Origin: Myxococcota bacterium
GTDB taxonomy: Bacteria; Myxococcota_A; UBA796; UBA2385
Assembly (NCBI GenBank): GCA_023150805.1
Contig: JAKLKF010000012.1
Location: forward strand, 17,564-81,563
Direction of reading: 5' to 3'
Length of the DNA: 64,000 nt
The position numbers and the translations under genes were made by a program. Under the pieces are notes generated by a model. That model ran no database searches and was not told the origin of the DNA. It saw only the letters and a program-made list of their open reading frames with translations. Below are positions 38,278 to 47,080 of this stretch, piece after piece (positions within the stretch are counted from its first letter, which is position 1; every line of letters begins with the position of its first letter).

Positions 38278-41200
38278 ATGCCCCTGGTCGCCCCTTTCCT
38301 GGCCATCTTCGCGCTGGCGTGCAGCAGCGACGGCAAGATCACCGCCTACACCGAGCCGCCGGAGGTGACGATCACCACCCCCGCCGACGGTGCCGAGGTG
38401 CTCCAGGCCGTCGCCGTGTCGATGCGCGGCCTGGTGGTCGACAAGGAGTTCTCCGACAGCCTGTCCAGCCTGACGGCGCAGTGGAGCGTCGACGGCGAGG
38501 CCATCTGCGAGGGGTCCTACGTCGACGACGGCGGCAACGTCGCCTGCGTCCACACCTTCGCGGTGGCCGGCACGGTCGAGCTGGCGCTGACCGTCACCAA
38601 CCCCGACGGCGCCTCGGCCACCGCGACCTCCGAGGTGGTGGTCCTGCCCAACGCCGCCCCGACCGTGGCCATCGAGCTGCCCGACCCGACCGGGCGGTAC
38701 TACGCCGACCAGCTTCTCTCCTTCCTGGCGTGGGCCAACGACGGCGAGGACGCCGCGACCGACCTGTTCGCCACCTGGACGAGCGACCTCGAGGGCACGC
38801 TGGACATCGACGACACGCCCGACGCCGACGGCATGCTGGCCGGAGACACGGTGCTGGGCGAGGGCGAGCACCTGATCACCCTGCAGGTCGAGGACACCAC
38901 CGGCCTGATCGGCACCGACTCGATCATCGTGGACATCGGGCCGCCGAACAGCCCCCCCTCCTGCGCCATCACCGCCCCCGGCAACAACGACAGCTTCGAG
39001 ATCGGCAGCACCATCCTCTTCGAGGGGACGGCGACCGACGCGGACATCGACGCCGACGAGCTGACCGTCACCTGGAGCAGCTCCCTGGACGGCGTGCTCT
39101 CGACCACCGCGCCGACCTCGGCGGGCACCATGACCTTCGGGGCCAGCGGCCTGAGCGCGGCCACCCACACCATCACCCTGCAGGTCGAGGACGAGCTGGG
39201 CGGGTCCTGCAGCGACGCCATCCTCATCTCGGTGGGCGACGGTCCCGACGTGGTCATCGACAACCCGACCTCCGGGGACGTCGAGAACGAGGGCGAGTCG
39301 GTCGCCTTCCAGGCGACGGTCACCGATCCCGACGACGCGGCGACCTCGCTGGACATCACCTGGGAGAGCAGCCTGGACGGCGTGCTGAGCACCGCTGGCG
39401 CCGACAGCTCGGGCATCACGGCCTTCTCTTTCGCGGGCCTGTCGGTGGGCGACCACATCATCTCGGTCACCGCGGTCGACCCGGAGGGCTACTACGCCGT
39501 CGAGAGCGTGCGGCTCACCATCAACGGCCTGCCCGACGAGCCGGTGGTCGAGATCGACCCCGGCGACCCGCTCTCCGACCAGGACCTGACGGCGATCATC
39601 ACCGCCGACAGCACCGACCCCGAGGGTGACGCGGTCACCTACACCTATGCCTGGCGCCGGAACGGCGCGTCCACCAGCTACATCACCGACACGGTGCCGG
39701 CCTCGGCGACCACGCGTGGCGAGACCTGGTCGGTCGTCGTGACCCCCAACGATCCCTACGGCAGCGGGGCCACCGGCACCGACAGCGTGGTCGTCGCCAA
39801 CGCGCCGCCGTCGGTGGCCTCCGCCGCCATCAGCCCCACGAGCCCGGTCGAGGGGGACACGCTGACCTGTGTCGCGGGCGCGACCTCGGACGCCGACGGG
39901 GACACGGTGAGCCTGAGCTACCGCTGGACCGTCGACGGCGTGGCGGCGTCTTCGACCTCCAGCACGCTGTCGTCGACCGCCTTCGAGAAGGGCGACAGCG
40001 TCACCTGCAGCATCACGCCCAACGATGGCTACGCCGACGGCACGACCGTCACCTCGGCGGCCGTGACCGTGGGCAACAGCGCCCCCACCATCACCGCGGC
40101 CACGCTCGCGCCGACCACGGCCTACGAGGCGTCGACCCTGACCTGCACCCCCAGCGGCGGCACGGACGCCGACGGGGACACGGTCAGCTACCGCTACGAC
40201 TGGGTCGTGGGCAGCTCGACCCTGGGGCTGGACAGCGCGAGCCTGACGGGATCCTGGTTCGACAAGGGCGACGCGGTCACCTGCGTGGTGACCCCCACCG
40301 ACGGGACCGACGACGGCAGCCCGGTGTCCTCCAACGTCGTCACGGTCCGGAACACGGCCCCCCAGCTCACCAGCGTGACCCTCAGCCCGACCTCGCCCAC
40401 CGAGAGCAGCACCATGTCCTGCTCGCCGGGCGCGACCTCGGACGACGACGGTGACAGCGTCAGCCTGACCTACGGCTGGGTGGTGGACGGGGTCGACCTG
40501 GGCCTCAGCGGCAGCAGCCTGAGCAGCGCCTGGTTCGGCAGCGGCGACACGATCCAGTGCTACGGCACCCCCGACGACGGCACGACCGCGGGCGCCGCCG
40601 TGTACTCGGCGGTCGTGACGGTGGCCAACACGGCCGCGACGGTCGCCAGCGCCAGCATCACCCCGACCAGCCCGGTCGAGGGGGACACGCTGACCTGCGT
40701 GGCGGGCACCAGCAGCGATGTCGACGGCGACGCCGTCACGCTGTCCTACCGCTGGGCGATCGACGGCTCGACCATCGCCGCCACTGGCAGCACCCTCTCT
40801 TCCACCTGGTTCGGCCGGGGCGACTCGGTCACCTGCACCATCACGCCCAACGACGGGACGACCGACGGGACCAGCGTCACCTCGGCGGCCGTCGTGGTCG
40901 GCAACACGGCCCCCAGCCTGGCCTCGGTCAACCTCTCGCCCACTACGGCCTACGAAGGCTCGACGATGACCTGCACGCCGGGCAGCGCCACGGACGTGGA
41001 CGGCGACACGGTCTCGTACCGCTACGACTGGCTGGTCTCCGGCACCTCGCTGGGCCTGGACAGCAGCAGCCTGTCGGGCTCCTGGTTCGACAAGGCCGAC
41101 ACGGTCACCTGCGTGGTGACGCCGACCGACGGCACCGCCTCCGGCAGCGCGGTCTCGTCGAACACCGTGACCATCCGGAACACCGCGCCGGTCCTGGCCA

Positions 41201-42798
41201 GCCTGTCGCTCACGCCCACCACCGCGACCGAGAGCAGCACCTTCGCCTGCACGCCGGGCGGGACCTCGGACGCCGACGGCGACAGCGTCAGCCTGAACTA
41301 CGGCTGGCTGGTCGACGGCGCGGACGCCGGGGTGACTGCGGCCAGCCTGGCGGGCGCGTACTTCGGAAAGGGCGACACCGTCCAGTGCTACGCGACGCCC
41401 TACGACGGCGCGACCAGCGGGACCACGCTGTACTCGGCGACGGTGACCGTGTCCAACACCGCGCCCTCGGCCACCGCCGTCGAGATCGCGCCCGTCGACC
41501 CCTACACGGACGACACCCTGACGGCGACCGCCAGCGGCTGGACCGACCCCGACGGCGACGCCGAGGGCTACGACTGGCAGTGGTACGTCGACGGCACCGC
41601 GGTCAGCTCGGGCGGCACCAGCCGCACCCTGTCGGGCACCAAGTTCTCCAAGCACCAGCTCGTCCACGTGGTGGCCACCCCCGACGACGGCACCGCGACG
41701 GGCAGCCCCGTCACCAGCGGCACGGTGGAGATCCTGAACACCGCGCCGACCGCGCCCACGGTGCAGGTCACGCCGACCGACGCCGAGCCCGAGGACGACC
41801 TGGTCTGCGGCATCGTCACCCCCAGCGCCGACGCTGACGGCGACACGGTCAACTACCGCTACGAGTGGTGGGTGGACGGGGTCAAGTCGACCGTCACCAC
41901 CGCCACCCTGGACGAGGCCTACACCGAGGACGGCGACACCTGGACCTGCCGGGTCACGCCCTACGACGACGACGAGGACGGCACCTCGGCCAGCGACGCC
42001 CAGGAGGTGGTGGACCGCACGGCGCCCGACCAGCCGGTGATCTCGGCCATCGACGAGTACCGGAACACGACCTCGGTGTCGTTGTCCGGCACGGCCGAGG
42101 CCGGCGCGACGGTCACGGTGACCATGGACTGCACCGACGGCACGCTGAGCGAGGTGGACGTCACCGCCTCGTCCGGCGGCACCTGGTCGACCTCGTTCTC
42201 GATGGACCGCGGCGAGGAGTGTGACTTCGTCGCCTACGCCACCGACGCCCACGGCAACGTCAGCGGCCTGAGCAACACGGTCACCACCGAGTCCTGCAAC
42301 CCCTACGACACGCGCGAGGACAGCCTGGGCTACGGCGACACCTGTGTCGAGTCCATCGACGAGTGGTCGGTCCTCACCGACGCCGGCACGACCGTCGTCG
42401 AGATCCAGGGCAACATCATCGACACCACCGATGTCGACTGGTACGTCATCGACACCTCGCAGACGGTGCTGACCGCCGGCACCAACGTCTACAACTTCGA
42501 GGTGACGCTGACGGAGGGCGCCTCGGACTACACCTTCGAGGTGTACCGCGGCAGCTGCGCGACCGCCGACCTGGAGTGTCCGTCGACGCCGGACCTGACG
42601 GACTACGCCTACTTCGCCCAGGACGTGGGCGGCGCGGAGCACTCGATCCCCTCGGACAGCCGCTACTGCTACACGGGCTCGCCCTTCTACAACAACTGCG
42701 ACGACCTCAGCGACGTGTACTACATCAAGGTCGAGCGGATCAGCACCGCCCTGTCCTGCCAGCACTACGAGCTGTCGATCAGCAACGGCGCCTGGTAG
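38278..42798 (+). CDS. Giant Ig-like repeat surface lipoprotein (~1500 aa), paralog of 34658-36979
   Basis: Lipobox ALAC; many ~90-aa S/T/D-rich repeats with DADGD and paired Cys; ends CQHYELSISNGAW. Confidence 0.85.
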   Translation: MPLVAPFLAIFALACSSDGKITAYTEPPEVTITTPADGAEVLQAVAVSMRGLVVDKEFSDSLSSLTAQWSVDGEAICEGSYVDDGGNVACVHTFAVAGTVELALTVTNPDGASATATSEVVVLPNAAPTVAIELPDPTGRYYADQLLSFLAWANDGEDAATDLFATWTSDLEGTLDIDDTPDADGMLAGDTVLGEGEHLITLQVEDTTGLIGTDSIIVDIGPPNSPPSCAITAPGNNDSFEIGSTILFEGTATDADIDADELTVTWSSSLDGVLSTTAPTSAGTMTFGASGLSAATHTITLQVEDELGGSCSDAILISVGDGPDVVIDNPTSGDVENEGESVAFQATVTDPDDAATSLDITWESSLDGVLSTAGADSSGITAFSFAGLSVGDHIISVTAVDPEGYYAVESVRLTINGLPDEPVVEIDPGDPLSDQDLTAIITADSTDPEGDAVTYTYAWRRNGASTSYITDTVPASATTRGETWSVVVTPNDPYGSGATGTDSVVVANAPPSVASAAISPTSPVEGDTLTCVAGATSDADGDTVSLSYRWTVDGVAASSTSSTLSSTAFEKGDSVTCSITPNDGYADGTTVTSAAVTVGNSAPTITAATLAPTTAYEASTLTCTPSGGTDADGDTVSYRYDWVVGSSTLGLDSASLTGSWFDKGDAVTCVVTPTDGTDDGSPVSSNVVTVRNTAPQLTSVTLSPTSPTESSTMSCSPGATSDDDGDSVSLTYGWVVDGVDLGLSGSSLSSAWFGSGDTIQCYGTPDDGTTAGAAVYSAVVTVANTAATVASASITPTSPVEGDTLTCVAGTSSDVDGDAVTLSYRWAIDGSTIAATGSTLSSTWFGRGDSVTCTITPNDGTTDGTSVTSAAVVVGNTAPSLASVNLSPTTAYEGSTMTCTPGSATDVDGDTVSYRYDWLVSGTSLGLDSSSLSGSWFDKADTVTCVVTPTDGTASGSAVSSNTVTIRNTAPVLASLSLTPTTATESSTFACTPGGTSDADGDSVSLNYGWLVDGADAGVTAASLAGAYFGKGDTVQCYATPYDGATSGTTLYSATVTVSNTAPSATAVEIAPVDPYTDDTLTATASGWTDPDGDAEGYDWQWYVDGTAVSSGGTSRTLSGTKFSKHQLVHVVATPDDGTATGSPVTSGTVEILNTAPTAPTVQVTPTDAEPEDDLVCGIVTPSADADGDTVNYRYEWWVDGVKSTVTTATLDEAYTEDGDTWTCRVTPYDDDEDGTSASDAQEVVDRTAPDQPVISAIDEYRNTTSVSLSGTAEAGATVTVTMDCTDGTLSEVDVTASSGGTWSTSFSMDRGEECDFVAYATDAHGNVSGLSNTVTTESCNPYDTREDSLGYGDTCVESIDEWSVLTDAGTTVVEIQGNIIDTTDVDWYVIDTSQTVLTAGTNVYNFEVTLTEGASDYTFEVYRGSCATADLECPSTPDLTDYAYFAQDVGGAEHSIPSDSRYCYTGSPFYNNCDDLSDVYYIKVERISTALSCQHYELSISNGAW

Positions 42799-42850
42799 GC
42801 GGTCGCGGCGCCGGGGGCGCAAGGGGAAGGGGGCCGGCGGGGCCCCGCCC

Positions 42851-44707
42851 CTACCGGTCCACCGGGTGAGGGGCCACCTTGACCCGGGTCGGGCCCTTCA
42901 CCAGCGGCCGGGGCAGCTTGCCCAGCGCGTTGGCCGCGACGGCGAGGGGATCGTCGACAGGCCCGGCGGGCGCCGCGAAGCCCGGCAGCGACGGGTGGGC
43001 CGGCTCCAGCGCCTTGCCGTCGCGAACCCGGGGCGGCGGCGAGGGGAAGCGCGCCTGGAGCTGCTCGGCGGCGTCCCGCGCCCAGGCGCCCGTCAGCGGC
43101 CGACACTGGCGCAGGCCCTGGTCCCGCACCATCTGGATGTGCACGCCGTCGCAGCGGTCGGTCACCGGGCAGTCGGCGCAGCGCACGGACTTCGCGCGGT
43201 AGGCGCGGGTCACGTGCTCCCGGGCCAGCTCGCGGATGGCGATGCGGCCGGTCTGCGGGTCGAAGAGTACCGGCCCCACCCGCCGCACCGGCGCGACCAG
43301 CTCCATCCCCGGCGCCTGGCAGGGCGCCAGGCCGCTCACCGGCAGGCGCCGGCCGAGCGCGGCGAAGAAGGCGGCCGGATCGCGCAGGTCGTGGGCCACG
43401 GCCTGGGCCAGGTGCTCGAAGGTGGGCTGGTGCACGCGCACCGCCCCCACCAGCCGCTGGGGGTGGGCGAGCATCCACGCCGCCGTGTCCCGGTTCAGCT
43501 CGATCTCCACGCGGACGTCCGCCGCGGTCCCCAGCCAGGCGTCCAGCTGGTCGCCGCGGCTGGCGATCAGCCACAGGTCCGGCGGCAGGTCCACCAGGGC
43601 CTCGGCCGAGGCCAGGCGGGCCTCCAGGCCCAGCCCCGGCGGCAGGACGGCGGCCAGGGCGTGCAGGGCGGCCAGGTCGGCCACCTCGACCCCGACCCGT
43701 CGACAGCCATAGGGCAGGGGCGAAGGCAGCGACAGGGACTCCGGCGAGGTGGCCCCCAGCTCCCACACCTCGAAGCGCGCGGCGTTCAGGTCGGCGACCG
43801 TCCGGTCCATCGTCGTGCAGAAGGGCTCGATGAAGCAGTGCACGCACCGGTCGGCGTCGCGGCACTCCATCGCCTTGCCGACGTCGAGGTAGTTGCGGAC
43901 CATCGTCCCGCGGCCGTTCACCTCGTCCAGCATCTTGTGCGGGTCCTGGATCAGCTCCTCCAGGCCCTCCAGGAAGTGCACCGGGAAGCGGTTGGTCCAC
44001 ACGTAGACGCCGGGGTGCCGGTTGAGCCGGAAGACCTTGTGCAGCACCGGGAGGTGCTCCCGCACGTCGTAGAAGAGCAGGTCGCGGTTCTCGAAGGCGT
44101 TGGCCTGGGGGATGACGTGCAGCAGGTCGAACTCCCGCACGCCCACGCTCAGGCACAGCTCCACGATCTTGTCGAGGTGGGCCACGTTCTGCTTGTTGAT
44201 GCAGACGTCGACGTTGACGATGGGCCCCCGCGGGTCCCGCCGCGCCCGCATCATGCCCTTCATCAGCTTCTGGAAGCCGCCGGGCGTCTGGGTCAGCCAG
44301 TCATGCAGCGCCTCGGTGTGGCCGTGCAGGCTGAAGGTGATCTCGCCCAGCCCGGCGTCCCGGCAGGCCAGGTAGAAGTCCCGGTCCGCGAACATCGTGC
44401 CGTTGGTCACGGTCTGGACCCGGTCGTAGCCCAGCTCCCGCTTCGCGAAGCGCACCAGCTCGACGAACTGCGGGTGCAGCGTCGCCTCGCCCCCGCTGAT
44501 GATGACCTTGTCCGCGCCCAGCTCCTCGATGCCCCGGCGCAGCTCGGCCTTGACCTCGTCCACCGGCAGGTAGACGTTGCGCGGCGTGTCGGCGTCCAGG
44601 CAGAACAGGCACCGGCTGTTGCAGGCCGTCACCGCGCGCACCCAGTGCTTGGGGCGGTTGGCGATGCGCTCGCGAAGCAGCAGGTCTTCGGTGGTCGGTG
44701 CGGCCAT
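42851..44707 (-). CDS. Extended radical SAM protein (HxsC-like N-half plus second Cys-rich module)
   Basis: CNSRCLFC, ISGGEAT, VTNG, SLHGH; internal CRDADRCVHCFIEPFC and terminal CADCPVTDRCDG. Confidence 0.87.
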   Translation of the reverse strand: MAAPTTEDLLLRERIANRPKHWVRAVTACNSRCLFCLDADTPRNVYLPVDEVKAELRRGIEELGADKVIISGGEATLHPQFVELVRFAKRELGYDRVQTVTNGTMFADRDFYLACRDAGLGEITFSLHGHTEALHDWLTQTPGGFQKLMKGMMRARRDPRGPIVNVDVCINKQNVAHLDKIVELCLSVGVREFDLLHVIPQANAFENRDLLFYDVREHLPVLHKVFRLNRHPGVYVWTNRFPVHFLEGLEELIQDPHKMLDEVNGRGTMVRNYLDVGKAMECRDADRCVHCFIEPFCTTMDRTVADLNAARFEVWELGATSPESLSLPSPLPYGCRRVGVEVADLAALHALAAVLPPGLGLEARLASAEALVDLPPDLWLIASRGDQLDAWLGTAADVRVEIELNRDTAAWMLAHPQRLVGAVRVHQPTFEHLAQAVAHDLRDPAAFFAALGRRLPVSGLAPCQAPGMELVAPVRRVGPVLFDPQTGRIAIRELAREHVTRAYRAKSVRCADCPVTDRCDGVHIQMVRDQGLRQCRPLTGAWARDAAEQLQARFPSPPPRVRDGKALEPAHPSLPGFAAPAGPVDDPLAVAANALGKLPRPLVKGPTRVKVAPHPVDR

Positions 44708-44768
44708 GGGCGCAGCCTACCCGCGCGGGCGTGCCAGGGGGAGGGCCGCGTGCCTTCGAGAGGAGGCG

Positions 44769-45740
44769 CTAGCCGCCGTCCCGCACGGCCAGCGTGGCGC
44801 AGGCGCTGGCGCTGGCCACCCAGCAGCGGTCGGGCACGGCCACCACGAAGCCCGCCTCGGGCGCCGCCAGCTCCTGCAAGGTGCGGCCGTCCAGCGAGCG
44901 CACCCGGGCGATGATCTCGCCGGCGGGGAAGACCTGGCCCGGCTCGGGCAGGACCTCGAGCACGCCCGCCTGGGTGCAGCGCGGGCCGCTCTCCCGCCGC
45001 CAGGGCCCCCCGGGCACCACCGAGGCGTGCGCCGGCGCGGGGCAGTCCACCAGGCCCGCCGCGGTCAGCACGCCCAGCGCCGCCTGCAGCGCCACCTCGA
45101 CGGCGCGCGGGTCCAGCGCCCGCCGCGGCCCGACCTCCAGCGTCACGGCCGCGATGCCCGGGCCGTTGACCAGCGCGCCGGGCAGGCTGCGGTCCAGCCC
45201 GTAGCGGAGGTAGCGGGGCCGAGGGTACTCGCGCAGCACGGTCAGCCCGCTGGCCGCGGCCAGGTCCTGGCAGCGCTGGTCCAGCTCGCGCCGCCCGTTG
45301 CCCCGGCAGACCCGGTCCAGGATGGCGTAGGGGATGGCCCGCACGCTGTCGGTGTGCAGGTCGACCAGCAGGTCGGGGGTCCGGGACAGGATGTCGGTCC
45401 AGGACGCGTGGGCCAGGCGCTCGGCCATCGACCCGTCGACCGCGCCGGGGAAGCTGCGGTTGGGGTCCCGCTCGTCCCCCGGTACGCCGCGGCTGGCTTC
45501 GCGCAGGCCCCCGGGGTTCAGGCTGGGGTACAGGTGCACGCAGCCGCGCAGCAGGCGTTCGGGGAGCAGGTGGCGCAGGCGGTGCACCACGCCGACGCCC
45601 GTGCACTCGTCGCCGTGCAGGTTGGCCGTGATCACGGCCACGGGGCCGGGCCGGTCGCTCCGCACGCTGACCACGGGCAGCTCGCCCAGGCCGGGCACGG
45701 CGAGGTTGCTCTTCTGGGTCTGGGCGCGGGGCTCCGGCAC
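44769..45740 (-). CDS. Succinylglutamate desuccinylase/aspartoacylase family (M14-like)
   Basis: LHGDE, DPNRSFPG, DLHT, TLEVG, C-terminal barrel-sandwich. Confidence 0.85.
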   Translation of the reverse strand: MPEPRAQTQKSNLAVPGLGELPVVSVRSDRPGPVAVITANLHGDECTGVGVVHRLRHLLPERLLRGCVHLYPSLNPGGLREASRGVPGDERDPNRSFPGAVDGSMAERLAHASWTDILSRTPDLLVDLHTDSVRAIPYAILDRVCRGNGRRELDQRCQDLAAASGLTVLREYPRPRYLRYGLDRSLPGALVNGPGIAAVTLEVGPRRALDPRAVEVALQAALGVLTAAGLVDCPAPAHASVVPGGPWRRESGPRCTQAGVLEVLPEPGQVFPAGEIIARVRSLDGRTLQELAAPEAGFVVAVPDRCWVASASACATLAVRDGG

Positions 45741-45790
45741 GGCCCCGGTCTATCCGACCCGGCGCCCGGTCGACCCGGCGGGACCCGCCT

Positions 45791-47080
45791 TCAGCGCCCC
45801 AGCACCCAGCACTTCAGGTAGCGGCTCTCCGGGAAGGACAGGGCCGCCGGGAAGTCCGGCGGCGGGCAGCCCTCGTGCAGCAGGCGCAGCGGCACCTCGG
45901 CCTTCTGGCTGCCTTGCAGCACCATCCGCCCGAAGTCCTTGGGCGACAGCCCCCCGTGGTTGCTGGCGACCAGCAGCCAGCCCTGCTCCGACAGCACCCG
46001 GCAGCAGCCCGCGACCAGCCGGCCCAGGTCCTGGAGCACCGACCAGTCGCCGCGGGGGCCGTGCGAGAAGGAGGGCGGGTCGGCGATCACCAGGTCGAAC
46101 TGCTGGCCCTTGCGGCGCAGGCGGTCGAGCGCTGCCAGGCTGTCCTCGGCGGCCCAGGCGTGCAGGGAGGGATCGAGCCCGTTGCGGCGCAGGTTGTCCT
46201 GGGCGCGCTCCAGGAAGGCCGAGGAGAGGTCCACCGTCGTGACCGTCGCGCCCTCGGCCGCCGCGAGCACCGAGAAGGCGCCGGTGTGGGCGAAGAGGTT
46301 GAGCACGCGCCGCCCCGCCAGGAAGGGGCGCAGCCAGGCCCGGACCTGGCGCATGTCGCAGAACAGGCCCACGTCGTGGCGCAGCCCGGGGCGGACGCCG
46401 TAGCGCAGGCCCAGCTCCACCACCTCGATCTCTTCGCCCCCCGGCTGCCCCCACAGCAGCCCGTGGCGGCCCCGATCGGGCGAGGCGGCCCCCTCGGGGC
46501 CCTCCGGAGGCGGGCGGTCCGCGCGCCAGATGGCCCGCGGCGCGGCCAGCTCCCGCAGCGACCGCACCAGCGCCGGCAGCAGCACCTCCAGCGACGGGTC
46601 CTCCAGCCCGATCGAGAGCTCGTCGCCCCACACGTCCACGCGCACGCCGGGCATGTCGTCGTTCTCGCCGTGCGCCCATCGCCAGGCCGAGGTCGCGGGC
46701 GGCAGCACGCGCCGCGCGCGCGCCGACGCCAGCCGCGCGTGCACCAGCGCGTCGTCCACCGGCCCGGCGTCGGACCGCCAGGCCCGCACCGCCACCTTGC
46801 CCTCCGCGCCCCACAGGCCGGCGCCCAGCGGCTGCCCCTCGCCCGAGACGAGCTGGACCACCTCGCCCGGCGCGCGCCCCTCCCCTCCGCCGACCACCTC
46901 GTCCCGGTACACCCACGGGAAGCCCTTGCGCAGCCAGCCCTCGCTGTAGCCGTTGTCCTGGACCTGGGCGGCCGGCAGCCGCCGCAGGCGCGGCGCGGAG
47001 GGGATGGGCGCCGGCCGCGCCCGCTCAGGTGGCCCGCCCGCCCCCCGCCGTCCTCTTCCTCCGCGGTAACCTCCCGACAT
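45791..47080 (-). CDS. RlmI/RlmK-family class I SAM-dependent rRNA methyltransferase
   Basis: GFPWVY PUA-like start, HGENDDMPGVRVD, GLFCDMR, VLNLFAHTGAFS, DPPSF, YLK. Confidence 0.85.
   Translation of the reverse strand: MSGGYRGGRGRRGAGGPPERARPAPIPSAPRLRRLPAAQVQDNGYSEGWLRKGFPWVYRDEVVGGGEGRAPGEVVQLVSGEGQPLGAGLWGAEGKVAVRAWRSDAGPVDDALVHARLASARARRVLPPATSAWRWAHGENDDMPGVRVDVWGDELSIGLEDPSLEVLLPALVRSLRELAAPRAIWRADRPPPEGPEGAASPDRGRHGLLWGQPGGEEIEVVELGLRYGVRPGLRHDVGLFCDMRQVRAWLRPFLAGRRVLNLFAHTGAFSVLAAAEGATVTTVDLSSAFLERAQDNLRRNGLDPSLHAWAAEDSLAALDRLRRKGQQFDLVIADPPSFSHGPRGDWSVLQDLGRLVAGCCRVLSEQGWLLVASNHGGLSPKDFGRMVLQGSQKAEVPLRLLHEGCPPPDFPAALSFPESRYLKCWVLGR

Noticed and set aside
37084-42822. 1912-aa minus-strand ORF as a giant radical SAM fusion
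   Set aside because: Only the last 345 aa (from ATG 38121) are protein-like; the rest is the antisense shadow of the plus-strand lipoprotein gene
42837-42850. GGCGGGGCCCCGCC palindrome between convergent genes as an intrinsic terminator
   Set aside because: No loop and no U-tract; such palindromes are expected by chance at this GC content
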